A stretch of 64,000 nucleotides of DNA from the NCBI GenBank assembly GCA_965235115.1, contig OZ249451.1:9486001-9550000 (forward strand), written 5' to 3'. This stretch comes from Laetmonice hystrix (lineage: Eukaryota). Within the stretch, counting starts at the first letter, position 1, and each line of letters opens with the position of its first letter. The translations under genes were made by a program, and so were the position numbers. Under the pieces are notes generated by a model. The model was not told the DNA's origin. It made no database searches and saw nothing but the letters and a program-made list of their open reading frames with translations. Shown here one piece after another: positions 1 through 13,976 of this stretch.

Positions 1-1863
1 GCCGTATAAATTTTCATTTAGTTCAATTTACATAGTCTCACAGTTTTCTATTAATAATTATACAATACGACCTATCCCATTCAGGACCGTTATAATATAT
101 TTCGTTATCAGAAGAACTTGAAGTCCCCTCCGGAACAGAACATATGTCATGCAGTTGACAGGTCCGTTCTAAAACCACCTAATGAGAATTTATCTTTTTC
201 CTTAATTAGATATTGCTAGACCTGACCCCCATGTTGTCCCCTAGTTCTGGCGGCCTTAATTGCTATAGAAAAAGAAGCTCTATATAGTATAGAGATATTA
301 TCATGAGGGTTGACTGTGGTTGGAGTCGGGTCCCGTATATAGGGCGACTAGTGCAGTACGATCAGGCGACCCGATAGGCGTCAGACAGTGCGCTAAAATC
401 GTATAGGAACGATTGTAAATAATGCTTCTAATTAATCGGACTTGGATGCGTCCCAATTAACACGAGGTAATTGGGTAGTCAAGTGTATTGCTATACACGA
501 CCCTGGTAGGTTGGTGCTATAAGAGTACTACACACACTTGGCAGAAAAACAGGGTCGTAACCTAACGGGGGGGGGGGGGGTCTTTCATTTCCTTAGAGGG
601 GCGAAGAGGGAGAGGGAAGATGGTATCCATATCTGTGTCAGGATGTTAATTAAATCAATCTGACCAATCAAATGTTACAAAATCAGATAACCAGCTTCAG
701 TGCGGTCAACAGAATCTATACCATGAACCTGAAAGTGTTAATTGAAATGTTCTGACGTATATCAGAACAATGAATGTAGAGCTTTGGTTTCGAGATGATG
801 CTCCTTTATTACAAGGAGATATCTCAGCTCGCTTTATTCATTTGTTCAATACGCTGATACCAGGAAAGATGAAATATATTTTCTTTGTCTTTTTTTTCTC
901 TTCCTAAAGGCATCAATAACACAGTGATGTTCAGCCACACAGTATCCTGACTGAGATATAGGTCATTGATTGTCTATTCTACTCGATACTGTTCACCGAT
1001 CGTAAGCCTGTTTCTATCTCGGATAGCTCTAAAGCCTGGGAGCTGAACGTCTGCTCGCAAGTCTTGGCAAGCAGACTATGCTCTACTTCAGGCGATGTCA
1101 GACCTTGGCATACAACCGTAAATCAATGCATCCGCCCCCATTTCAACGTCCATATACAATGTATACACCCACCTTCTGTAGCTTATCATATTGCGATTCT
1201 TGTATATGATGTAACAGGCTATACATGTAAGTCAGTCAGTGTCATGGTCATCCTGATTGGTGTTTGCCTTGAAATAGCTAGCTATCCCCACTGGGTTCAG
1301 GATACAGTGGAAGTGAAAGGTGGGTCGTAAGGTCGTAAGTTTGTATTTTTGGATTCGTCGGCGTTCTGATATAACCTCGTAAGTCACTTTTTCCAAAAAT
1401 AATTTTCCTGCTACTTGCAAGGTCTTATCACACCAGTGTATGCAAGTCACATGACTATTTTGCGCGTTTTGATTGGTGCTGTGTCTATGACAGTCCCCCA
1501 CATTGACAATACTGTATTATGATGTCATTTCAACCTCTTTTTGAGGGAAAGTCTAAAGTGTTACGTGATGTTCTTCGAAGTGACTTACGAGGTTTTATCA
1601 GAACACAGTGTAGTGAGGTCGTAATTCTATACATGGGCCTTATGATCTCTCTGAGACTCTGACAACAGTAAATGACAATCCTATACACTACTATAATTCT
1701 CATCTTCCACTGAGCTTGCTGATATAACGGAAGTTTCATCAGCCCTGTTCCTCCATCAACAATCACTGGCTTCCATACAGCTCATTCCAGCAAGTCCATT
1801 GGAACCACAATCTTTGAATTTCTACCAGCCTTACATAGACATACCTGAGTTTTCTTCAATGCA

Positions 1864-2440
1864 GTCCTGATGACGGTGTGGCATACACATTATACACTAT
1901 AGATACCTGCACTCAAGGGTCCTGTAGTCCTGATGACGGTGTGGCATACACATTATACAGTATAGATACCTGCACTCAAGGGTCGTGTAGTCCTGATGAC
2001 GGTATGGCATACACATTATACAGTATAGATACCTGCACTCAAGGGTCCTGTAGTCCTGATGACGGTGTGGCATACACATTATACACTATAGATACCTGCA
2101 CTCAAGGGTCCTGTAGTCCTGATGACGGTGTGGCATACACATTATACACTATAGATACCTGCACTCAAGGGTCCTGTAGTCCTGATGACGGTGTGGCATA
2201 CACATTCTGTAGATACCTGCACTCAAGGGTCCTGTAGTCCTGATGACGGTGTGGCATACACATTATACAGTATATAGATACCTGCACTCAAGGGTCCTGT
2301 AGTCCTGATGACGGTGTGGCATACACATTATACAGTATAGATACCTGCACTCAAGGGTCCTGTAGTCCTGATGACGGTGTGGCATACACATTATGTAGAT
2401 GGCATACACATTATGTAGATACCTGCACTCAAGGGTCCTG
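1864..2440. repeat. 63-bp minisatellite, about 9 copies
   Basis: Unit GTCCTGATGACGGTGTGGCATACACATTATACA(C/G)TATAGATACCTGCACTCAAGGGTCCTGTA read directly; the ORF track shows the matching 21-aa periodicity. Confidence 0.97.
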
Positions 2441-3696
2441 TTTCAGATTGCCATTATTGCACACAGCCTGGTCGGCCGACCGCCCCCGGTGGACACCCCC
2501 AATAAGTTCAGGGTATCCCGGTGACCGTCTTATTGAGAAGTACCAATTAGGCCCCAATGGTACCCACCCTTGTTGTCCTGGCGCGGGTGGAGGTGAGGGT
2601 GCCGTGGTTTCAAATGTCGATGGCGTGTGCGCAGTACAAACTGCGGTTTTTTGACAACTCGCCGGTGTTTGACACTGCCCGCCGACCAGCTATAAGGGGT
2701 GCAGTTTTATACCCCCGGGGGTTGGGAGTTGAGGTCAGGGGCGTGGGGTATACTTATAACGACGGAGGGGGGGGGGGGGGTTCCGACATATAACAGCTGG
2801 CGGTGGGAAGTAAGGGTGTTTCCATTGTTACACAGGGTAACCAGACCCGCATTAAACCCCTCTCCGCGACGTTATCCTTTCGTATTACCCCAACATCTCA
2901 AAGGTACCACTGCCAGGAGACAAGGACCAATAAAGAAGTCAATGAACAAAGTTGATACTTACCCGTGTATATAAGTATACTGTCCACACCGTCCCAGCGG
3001 CCGTAGCTGCTGTCAGAGGATGGCACGCGGGGCTGCATGCATGGTCGTGCCACATGTCTGTATACTAAAGTCGCTCTTCCCTAAATCCACTGCACGCTGC
3101 GCGCTGTACGCACACAGCCTAGACCATATGTCAGTTCCGATGATCAGGAATATATCTATTGAAGTTCTCAGTCTCTCTACACGAACACTCTGCGGACAGT
3201 GTATGGCTGTGGCTCCGCATCATGTGCTGTCTAACCCATGAACACTGAACCGCTGCAGACAGAGCAGGCCCAAGGCTATGAACGTCCGCTGGGTTCACAT
3301 GTAGACCCGGGGTGTGAGTAGGGTACAGAGATCACCCCCAGCCGTCGACCCTGACCGGGGCACGGGCAGAGCTCAACTCCAGGCTGCTCCTGGTTACAAG
3401 CCGTTTTAATTGTCGTCCATGGAGGACGGCTAGTCGTATTAAAATGAGATGAGTGACGTCAAACTCCACCCCCATACCCCCCCACCCCCCCCCCCAGCCC
3501 GCCCCCTTATAGCACCATATAGCACCAACCCTCACGCAGCCGTCCCCCACTCATTGACAGGTGAGCAGGCTACCAGCGTGTCTGCCAATCATGACAGGCT
3601 TCGATTACCCCCAAATTTCACAACCCCTTTCACCATTACCCTTCAAGCTAGCTGGGGCAGACGGGCCGGCTCTCTAATTGGCCAAACCTGGCCTGC

Positions 3697-3712
3697 TGAC
3701 CTTTGCTGACCT
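3697..3712 (-). promoter_or_regulatory. Perfect DR4 nuclear-receptor element (AGGTCA-N4-AGGTCA)
   Basis: Plus strand TGACCT-TTGC-TGACCT inside a GC-rich block that also has TGACAG and TAATTG motifs; motif match only. Confidence 0.35.
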
Positions 3713-3831
3713 CTTCACCACGTGCCTCCTCAGAGACTCTCAAGGAACGCATGGGCAAAAATACTTCATAGAAATTATATAGAATACAAGCTTCCTATAC
3801 AGATATCCATGCTAATAAACCTGTTACATCG

Positions 3832-3889
3832 ATCAATATCAAGTTACAAAGAAGTATGATATCAATATCAAGTTACAAAGAAGTATGAT
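3832..3889. repeat. Exact 29-bp tandem duplication
   Basis: ATCAATATCAAGTTACAAAGAAGTATGAT occurs twice (3832-3860, 3861-3889). Confidence 0.95.
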
Positions 3890-4912
3890 ATGTATATCAT
3901 ACATGAATGCAGTACATACTCAGGCCTAGATACATAGTACATAGTATTGTACCGACACATAGAAGTCCAGAAGAATTCGTGTACTTTGTTCTCGAGCACC
4001 ATGTACTGGACATTGGCCCCACTACTTGCAGCCCACACCGTGGCACTGCTCGGGAAAATTCCTACACGTTTGCGTGCCAAAGATATATGTCCCGGCGAAG
4101 CAAGTTCCAAAAACCCGCCAGACCTTGTGAGAACGCACCCCTCACACGGTAGCTGCGCCCGAATGGGGCAACTTGATTATTTTCCGCTGCGATGGTTGAG
4201 GAGACTGGAGCACCATGTGTCTCCCTGGGTCCGTGTGCAGACCGGCGAAACAACGAGATTTTCTCGGCCTGGCCTTTTGGTGGGCCCCGGTCGGCCCGGC
4301 TGTGGAGCGCCGGTGTGGGAACAGCAGCGCCCCCTTCTATATATCGCCAGCCGTTCTTATATCTCATTACTTCCGTGGAATGGGGTTATGCTTTATTTCA
4401 TTCGGCCGTCCAATTTAGTGCAGGGTATGAAGTCCTGGGGAGCGCGCCCCCACCCCCTCCAACACAGGATTTGGCGAGAAAGTGTGGGTGTGGGTGTGGG
4501 GGGGGGGGGCATGCATGAGAGGCTCTCTGTATAAGAAGAACGGTCTGCATGAGGTTTAGAGAAAGCAGTACCTTAACCCCACCCCACACGGCTCAAATGT
4601 ACCATCTCAAATAAACTATTAATGTATATGTAGCAGAGGGCACAACCTTGCTGAAGGTTTAGAAGAAATGTTGTATAGGTTGCGTGCCGATTCATGCAGC
4701 CTTTTCCCCATTAAATTAGTTTTACTAACATGCGAGTATACGGCCCCTCGATTATAACAAGGATCTGTGACCTAACTCCGGCGACTGACCAGAAATAATG
4801 ACAGTAATATACAGCATTATACGTCACAAAATGAAAACATATATCGTGTCTGCCATGCTGTATAGAAATAGTCTAAAAATATCAGGAAATATGGATTCAA
4901 ACTAAACAAATC

Positions 4913-5023
4913 AGAGAGAGAGATAGAGATAGAGAGCGAGAGACAGAGAAAGAGAGACAGAGAGAGGGGGGGGGGAGAAAGAGAGAGACAGAGAGATGGT
5001 AGAGAGAGGAAGGGGAGAGAGAC
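4913..5023. repeat. Imperfect (AG)n microsatellite
   Basis: Direct reading. Confidence 0.9.
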
Positions 5024-8000
5024 CCCCGCTTCCCGCCCCTTAATTTGTTTTTTTAATCCGTGTCGTGTGAAAATATCCAATCTCATGAACGCCTTTATAT
5101 TACTATCTAATATTTCCACACACAACTGCTGGTTCACAGTTATACATTGACCGGAGCAACACATTATAGAAACACACATACGTCTATATTATACCAGGCA
5201 GTCACTCAGACAGAATCTGGCAGTTCATGACGCCTAGAAGTAGGTCAGAGAAGGCTGGCACCGTATGATGTGGTCTCCTGATGGCGCCTTTGATGCTGTG
5301 ATATCAAGCATACAATATCGTATTTTCTATAGACCAAGTGGTCGTCTATACCATCTGTTAACCGACCTCAGGCTGCTATAGCTAGGCCATCACTGTATAT
5401 AACGTATAGACCTACACATGATGTCTGACACCATGACGCTTGTTTTGTTCTGACTGCTCGGTGTAAATGTGCACACACCCTTTGATGTGCATGGAATTAC
5501 ATCGATAGTCCTAGAAGCGTCACTATAATCACTATAATAGTCATGCAAGTATTGATGATTGACAAAGGTTAGAGAATACCGTAAATTAAGTTATAAAATG
5601 GATCAGTATGATATCAGTTATATTACTGAGATCTCCTCCCAATCCCGCTGTAGAAATGGACCTAGTATGGGGTGTTATGTGTGGGTGAGGTGCAGGGGGC
5701 GGTGGGATGTCCAGGGTATTGGCTCGCGGTGAACTGTAGTGCCAACCTATTATATGTATACACACATATACTGCCATATTGTCCATAACATGTATACTGT
5801 AATATAGAGCAGTCGCCAAGACGCATTTCGTCCTGCCAACTGTTGCATGTTGTATGCAGGCGGGTCGATGCCTTCCCAGCCCGACCTTTCGGCATGCATG
5901 CTGTCTCAGTGACCAGAACCCACAAGAGCGTCAAGACATTGCACTCAGACCTGACCGGTCACGATTAGCCCAAGACAAGGTCAGCGCCTCCACCCTTTCT
6001 CTCTTCCCCCCGGATATCAAGTATTGGGTTAGAGGCCTTGCCCTGGATGGTTGTCTGTACTGTACAGAGTGAACCATGAACTTGTCGGGTTACTTATGTT
6101 GTTAGAACTTTTATGGCAGTCAGACTGCCGTCTATTATGTGCATGGAGGCCTATATATCATGTTATTTATCCCTCTTTATAAAAGAGTGCTACACTGGTT
6201 TTTTTTTCATGTTTCCAATTTAAGTTATTGTTAATCGGGCATGCTTTATTCCTTTATGACAGAATACTATACAAATATGGCACTTGGTTGAGTGTAATAT
6301 CAATATGAAGGGATTGGCCTATTCTTAATTGCTCGCCATTCCTTGACGCTCAAGAAACTAACAATCTTATAGAGTTTCCTTGTAAAAAGGTATTTTCGTA
6401 AAAAAGAAACAACTAACATTTCATGAAAATGACGTCACATATGGAATCTCCTAGCTCGGGGAAAGTAAAAAAGTATTGACTTTTTACGTACAATATTAGT
6501 TTTTATCCGTTATCATGTGACAGGAAACTGACCAATCAGGAGATGGAAAGTGAGGCAGATATAATATAAATAATACAATTTGTCACGCTCTTTTACTAGA
6601 CTATATAAATTCGATTATAAAGATAAAACCATTTTTCTTGACTCACTCCTATCATACTGACAAAGATTTATTGTCGCCATGTCATCCTTACTTCTTAACT
6701 CCCGAGTTCACAAATTGTCAGTTAACATCCCTTGTTTTCCAAGAGGGTAACATACAAATGTATATATCCCTTGGGTTGAAGATACAAATTTCAGTTAATA
6801 GCCGTATACATGTATTTTGTATTCACCATTTTTCAAAGACAGCAACGTGAATAATAACCATGTATGTACGACAATATAAAGATTATCTAGAAGCAAACGA
6901 TCTGCCATAGCAGTAAGCTTATACCTTCTCAATTTTCTCTTCTCCCTCTTCTACTTTTAAGACACCTTAAGAGTCCAAAAACGAACTGAGATAAAGGGGC
7001 TGCAAACAAAGGTCGCGGTCAATTAAACCGATCTCAACAGACCAAACGTATACAGTACCGGTATATAATGACACCGACTGACCAGTACACTGGGCGGGTT
7101 TCTATAAATATCCATAACTGTGACTGGAACTAATTATAACAAAAAACGAAAACCGTTTCTGGTTGGTAAAACATCACCCCTCCCTCAACTCCAGCGACTA
7201 CCTGCACTTATAATTGTCGCTACCACCACCCGGCGTACACTGCCAACACGGCGACAGCCCCGCCGAACATGACCTGTAACCGGGCCCTGCCCTCTGTTTG
7301 TAGCATTCAACTTTCGCGTGTGAAAGCGGCCCAATTTCTCGGTTGATGCATTAGGATCCTGTGTCCAGCTAGCATGAAGAGAACTGGTCACGAGATCTTG
7401 GTTTTGTAGACTACAGTAGGCCTACGTGTCGCCTTTTATATACTCCTGCCCAGGGACGGCCACGCATGTTTCTAGATCTAAACCCATTCACCGTAAAATT
7501 TTTAATGTGACCAGTTCAAAGACTTTGGAAATTGCGCTGTGAAGAAATTCTGAAGAGAATGTTATAAATTCAAATTTGTGAATGTCAGAAGTCAATATGA
7601 TACCGGCAGGTTGTTAAATACGGCGGACATGGATACAAGAACCTGTTCCTGCTAAAAATAAATACAGATGATATTATATTATTATAGGACGGGTGATGTA
7701 TATATATTATGATATTCATAAGTTGTGTCTGAATCCACAATGCCTGGGGCTATGTCCAAATGCATGGCACTTAATAATATAATGTGCCTTTTAATTAAAT
7801 ACATTACTTAATTATTATAATTATAATCATGGTCATAGTAATATAATGGTTATTATTACCAGAGTGACGTCAAAGTTATTATTTGTTTTTTGTCCAATAA
7901 TCAATTCCCTTTATATGTTAATAATTTGTATATACCTTACACGTTATTATATATACAGTCACTTTCGCATTATTCGCTTAATAACATGCACTTTCTTTTA

Positions 8001-8271
8001 TTTTCAATGCCCACATACATGAGTCAGGAAAGCTGACTTTTGGGCTGTTGTACATGCACGTGGGCATGGGAAAAAGTGGCTCAAATAAAATCGCCATGCA
8101 TGCATGCATGTGGTTACCGTGCATGCTGTTCGACGAACCATGCTTTGTAGACAACCTGCCTTTGACAACCTGAGGTCCAAGCTCCTTAAGATTTGTTCCG
8201 ATGTTTGTAATGCTAAAGTGTGACTTTCACCAATGTGTGTACATAGATGGCGGTTGAGCACTAGGTAGGCC

Positions 8272-8768
8272 NNNNNNNNNNNNNNNNNNNNNNNNNNNNN
8301 NNNNNNNNNNNNNNNNNNNNNNNNNNNNNNNNNNNNNNNNNNNNNNNNNNNNNNNNNNNNNNNNNNNNNNNNNNNNNNNNNNNNNNNNNNNNNNNNNNNN
8401 NNNNNNNNNNNNNNNNNNNNNNNNNNNNNNACAGACAGATAGAGACAGAGACAGAGAGAGAGGGATAGAGAGACAGAGAGAAATAGAGTGAGAGAGAGAG
8501 AGGAGAGGGAGGGAGTGAGANNNNNNNNNNNNNNNNNNNNNNNNNNNNNNNNNNNNNNNNNNNNNNNNNNNNNNNNNNNNNNNNNNNNNNNNNNNNNNNN
8601 NNNNNNNNNNNNNNNNNNNNNNNNNNNNNNNNNNNNNNNNNNNNNNNNNNNNNNNNNNNNNNNNNNNNNNNNNNNNNNNNNNNNNNNNNNNNNNNNNNNN
8701 NNNNNNNNNNNNNNNNNNNNNNNNNNNNNNNNNNNNNNNNNNNNNNNNNNNNNNNNNNNNNNNNNNNG
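8272..8768. other. Two assembly gaps (8272-8430, 8521-8768) flanking an AG-rich microsatellite fragment
   Basis: N runs with AG repeat at 8431-8520. Confidence 0.99.
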
Positions 8769-9944
8769 ACCGAGTCAGTCGACCCTTGGATATTGTCTAG
8801 ACAAGGCTCTATCGATCCGATCCGACTCGGGCCACACGGTACATCGCGTCGCCGACGCCATGACGACGACAGGCGCCACTGACGCGCTGGCTGTCTGCGC
8901 CAATCCGATGACATATGTAATACCTTATAATAGGTGCGATTACTCAGCCAGCAATCGATTCACTGACTGAATTATACAAGAGCGACGGGTATACCTATGA
9001 CGTGGGTAGGGTTAATTGTGGAAGGTGTTTCCCGTTCACCCGTCAAAGTCTTTATATTTAAAGAAGCCATAATTATGCAATTTCCTTTTTTTGGAACGGG
9101 GGGGGGGGGGGGGGAGCTAGGGAGCGTTAGATTAGTAGTCCGTTACATTGAATGTCTCTGTCGAATTAAATGCGGCACTGTAAACCCAATAAAAACGTGT
9201 TTTGTTGTGGAGACGATGGCGAGAGGGACGGGGAAGGAAAGCAAGACACAAAGAAAGATCAAGATATAGAGATAAAGAGTTAGGATATAGCGGTCGACCT
9301 TGTCATGAGAAACCAGCAAATGACAGGTACATTCGATAGAACCCGGCACAGTGTCGTCTGCCCACCCCCCACCCCCCGCCTCCCCCAATCTGAGCGCTCG
9401 CCTGGCGCCTTTTGAAGTCGATCTCATTTCATGGCAAGGACTCTTCTATAGCAGAGTCAATCGATCCCTCCCTGCTGAAAATATTATGATGCCAGTCTCT
9501 GTAATAGTGGTTTTTAGGAGAACAGTCTTCACTTGAATCATAGAATCGTTTAGTTAATGCTGAAGCCACAGTATATAATCTTTTTGCTGTAAGCCAATAT
9601 ATACCTGTTTTAGACTGATTCCTTGTCTTGTATAGACCAGTATCTTATTGTCTATACATCTTCCAGAGAAAGCGCATGCATCCTTATAAACAGGAGGAGA
9701 AACCATGCAAGCAATTAAACACCCTTGCATACTTCCATTTAGCTTTCATGATATACTATAGTGGTATGAGAGTATTGCATACAGGACTCGGTTGTGTTGG
9801 TAACAATAATGATGGCCTGGTATAGCTTTCCTGCCAAGGGTTCGCGGCTATACACTGGCTCATGGGATACATACAGTGTCGCGGCAGGAAACAAGGGGGG
9901 GAGGTCCACAACAAAACTAAAAACACCAAGGGAAGACAAAATTA

Positions 9945-10075
9945 ACAGAGATAGAGAGAGGCAAAGAAGAGAGACATGTAGATAGAGAGGAGAGAGACAG
10001 AGCAAGAGAGAGACAGACAGACAGAGAGACAGAGAGAGAGAGAGCGATAGAGAGACAGAGACGGAGACAAAAGAG
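9945..10075. repeat. Imperfect (AG)n/(AGAC)n microsatellite
   Basis: Direct reading. Confidence 0.9.
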
Positions 10076-10979
10076 AACACACGCACCCCCCTACACATGT
10101 ATACACACAGTAAATAATGGATGAAAAAAACGCACCCCAGACCACTGTATGGTGGTTAGTTCGTAACAAAAGTTGGTAGTATGATCTCACCTGTTGGTAA
10201 GGTCCACGCGTTTCATGATTTGGCCTCGTACCAGGGAGGGTCAGTGGCCATCACGACATCTTGCAACCTTCACCGACATCCAGGCGACACCCTGTTCTGT
10301 AATTTGTTCCTCCCTAATAATATAACTGCTGTAGATAGACGTTGGCGCTTCTATAGGCACCATGGTTCAAATGTTACAGTCTGCATGTTACATATTGAGA
10401 TTTCCACTCAACCCTTGTTGTGGCACTCAGCCAGAGACTGTCACTCAAACTCACAATCCATGATGACGAGTAAACGACTTGGTGATATATTCATGGTCGG
10501 GTTTGGCGTGTTATGATTTAAGTCAACATCTTCGATGTTGGAGTTAGCCAACCCTGGGTGCCTCATCTCCAGCGGTCTCGTTCTCACTCATGGAGCGCCG
10601 CATCCTTTAGTAGCAGCCTCATCAGATGATGCCGCGCGCATGTCTGTGTCAGTCACTTCCGCAAAGTGATCAGCGATGGTGACTGGTGGGTTGTGGCAGA
10701 CATGACCTTATCTATGAAGGTCACATGATCTATTCGAAATGTTCTCACTCTCTCACTTTTTAGAGTATAATGTCACTTTTTGAGCCGCCCCCCTAAAAAA
10801 CGATTGAATCTTCTATAGTGCCGATATATATAGCCGCTGTCGGGCGGTTTACCCCTTCCAAATCCTCGAACACTTTCACCCCCCGCCCCATACCCTCCCC
10901 TCCATCCTCCCCATCTCATGTCCTCTCCCCTCCCTCTCTCTCTCTCAAATCTCTCTCCTCCCCTCTCATCCATTCTCAT

Positions 10980-11300
10980 TTGCGGAACCCGTTGTTTGGT
11001 GACGTCATTGTTCGGTTCGCCGGCGACGATTATGATTGGCCGATTGCCGACTACGACTCCCGCCGAGCGGTGGTCGAAGTGCCCAATGTAGCGTAAAATA
11101 GCGCTGCGGTGACTCGGTGCAACTTGTGAGGCTGCCGGCGGCGGCGATGGCGGCGGCTGACGTCGGCAGCCGACTACGTCTGGCCGAGTCCGGGCGGCCG
11201 GGCCCCGGGCTCCCCGCTCCTCGATCACAGCGGCGGGGTATACGTGTACCAGCGACACGCCCCGGCAAGGTCACTCAGCCGCCTCGGCCCATGTAGACCA
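10980..11300. promoter_or_regulatory. CpG-rich promoter/enhancer-like block
   Basis: High GC/CpG; perfect CRE TGACGTCA near 11000, GATTGG (reverse CCAAT) near 11035 and CCAAT near 11082; no convincing CDS. Confidence 0.35.
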
Positions 11301-11618
11301 AATTACAAGCACCACTTTAACGTACTACTGTAACGCTGCTCAACTAAATACATAATTAGAAGCGAAATTCACGCTCAACTCGAGCCTGATCTATTGGGGG
11401 AAACATTTCACGCATTAACATCAAGTTCGCAATTTCTGGCTGTCCCTTTTTTTAAGTTGGCCGTTTGAAATAGTGTTTGGTTTAATTTGCATGGTTTTTT
11501 TTCTGTCGGTCGATAAGCAGTGATCCAGGCACATGGAATCGTTCATGCCAATACTCAGCGGGGAGGGAGCACGATGGACGATCTGCATCCAGCATACATC
11601 ACGGTGTAACGGCTCGCA

Positions 11619-12026
11619 NNNNNNNNNNNNNNNNNNNNNNNNNNNNNNNNNNNNNNNNNNNNNNNNNNNNNNNNNNNNNNNNNNNNNNNNNNNNNNNNNN
11701 NNNNNNNNNNNNNNNNNNNNNNNNNNNNNNNNNNNNNNNNNNNNNNNNNNNNNNNNNNNNNNNNNNNNNNNNNNNNNNNNNNNNNNNNNNNNNNNNNNNN
11801 NNNNNNNNNNNNNNNNNNNNNNNNNNNNNNNNNNNNNNCTCCATCTCTCCATCTCTCTGTCTCTCTCTCTCACCCAATCTCTCTCGCTCTCTATAGTTCT
11901 CTCTCTCTGTCTGTCTCTCTCTCGCTCTCTCCCTCTGACTCCTTTCTCTCCCTCTGTCTCTGTCTCCCTCTCTGCCTCTCTGTCACTGTCTCCCTCCCTC
12001 CCTCTGTCTCCTCTCCTCCCTCCATC

Positions 12027-12100
<74 letters not shown>

Positions 12101-12101
12101 C
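11619..12101. repeat. Assembly gap (11619-11838) followed by long (CT)n microsatellite
   Basis: Direct reading. Confidence 0.97.
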
Positions 12102-13119
12102 TTTTTTAGACCAAGGCCCATATTTTACATTTATGATTATAATATCCGTATCGCTGCGAAAGAAACGATCATGTTTGAAGGGCCTATATGACGCATCGTC
12201 TCCTGCATTTGACTTTCTCATTATTTAACACAGCTAGTCTGCCTTTTTATATCGAATGCAGTCTCTGCAACCGCTTGGACGGATATATTATATCCCTCCA
12301 AGTGGCTGTCGGGACAGCATTCGATAAAAAAACATACTTTTTTGGTAAACTCCGTTTATTCCACCAGACATGGACGCCTTTTGACATTCAGAGACAGGTG
12401 TATAGGGCCAGTAATATGTATGAATTCGTAAATTATGCATTCGTCCAGTACATACAGTACATGTGTATAGTCAAATAGTCATATAAATTTTATTATCTTC
12501 AAACAGCTAGGGATCTATAAGATAGATACATATAGGCCTACATAGATGAAATAGTATATTCATGTATGCATACATGCATGCATGCAGTTACGTGCACCAT
12601 GGCAGGGTTTTAATCTTCCCAAGCCTTGCGTCTCCCACCAAACGACCGAACGTCTAGTCTCGGTTTACCTGTTTCTCCCACAGACAGCCTTTGGTCGGCG
12701 TCATGCGAAGATCATCCTTTGAATCCGACTTCTCTCGGTTCCACCTCGGTACTAGAGTCCCGACATATCCGATTGTCGGCAGACTGCAGTCCCACACACT
12801 GTCAGCCCGTACACGACGGACTTCCCACGCAATCTCGCATGCCATCCTTACGGTCCATGCATGTATACAAAAAGCCCCGTTTGTTTCTGCCACACGCATG
12901 TATTAAGGCTGATAAATTCATAGTTTGAGATTGTCCTTGAAAAATGCATGTTCTTGACTTTGGATAGATGGGAATTATACGCTCAGGCACGATCCTTCTA
13001 CATATATATTATAGACAAAAAAGAATTACATGGATGAACCAAATATTTTTAGATACATCTATAAGATGTCAGCCCCTTTTTCCTTTCTGGGACATGGTTA
13101 CCTTTAGACTTGGCCATTT

Positions 13120-13257
13120 NNNNNNNNNNNNNNNNNNNNNNNNNNNNNNNNNNNNNNNNNNNNNNNNNNNNNNNNNNNNNNNNNNNNNNNNNNNNNNNNN
13201 NNNNNNNNNNNNNNNNNNNNNNNNNNNNNNNNNNNNNNNNNNNNNNNNNNNNNNNNN
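13120..13257. other. Assembly gap
   Basis: N run. Confidence 0.99.
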
Positions 13258-13963
13258 TTAAAATTTATATGCATATAAAGCATTTTTCTGTAAGTCCTCC
13301 GATTCGAAGAGTCAAACTTGAGTTTCGGAACTTCTTGAATACCGCTCAAACCGTGTAGATGAAGATTTCGATGTATACATTTGAATATTTGCGCAGCCAG
13401 ATATGAAGTGATAAAAGTTATGCATGTACCAGCATTCATTCCACTTGACACTTCCAAAAGAAAGGCAGTATTGCGCCAGGTTCTAGACGTCCTTGGACAC
13501 CAGCCAGTGTTGGTACATAAGATTGGCAGTGTTAGTGCGCTACGTTAGATTTCCTTACACTTTGTGACTTCGTGCAGGAATAGTCAACTGGCCCTGACAC
13601 ATACATGCAATTGTAATCGTAATTATTGTGAAACATTTAGGTCCTGGGAAACGGTTCCTCGGTTAGAGGGGTCAGAAAGTCTTTGTGTTACGTGTCTGTC
13701 CAGTTTGTTTCGGTGCTGCATGGGAAATACTTATGCGATTAAAAGAAATAAACAAGGCGCGTTGACTATCTTCCTAATCTACATTATTATACGAAGTCCT
13801 GCTAAACGTAATCTTTAGCAGATTAATCATGTAAATAAAAGGGTGATAATGATGACTATACCCTGTATAAAGATCAGAAAGGGAACCAAATGACACAATA
13901 GGATGTTTGCCCTTTGATGTCAGGGATCCGGTCTCCCCGAACGCTTCGCGTCCCATCTTTCCA

Positions 13964-13976
13964 CCGCTAGGGGGCG
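13964..13976 (+). promoter_or_regulatory. CTCF core motif
   Basis: CCGCTAGGGGGCG matches CCRSYAGRKGGCR with no mismatch. Confidence 0.45.

Noticed and set aside
1232-1800. Faint LINE endonuclease-like words on the minus strand (IIVVYR, VGD, PTF, DH)
   Set aside because: They are scattered over different frames with stops, and the catalytic motifs are not properly matched; this cannot be told from chance without an HMM search.
1878-2654. 21-aa repeat ORFs
   Set aside because: These are translations of the 63-bp minisatellite, with non-ATG starts and frame breaks.
3947-4534. 195-aa ORF and overlapping ORFs
   Set aside because: GC-rich non-coding block; no recognisable domain, and several frames are open on both strands.
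8261-13457. ORFs spanning N runs and AG/CT microsatellites (ERER or SLSL peptides)
   Set aside because: Artefacts of gaps and dinucleotide repeats.
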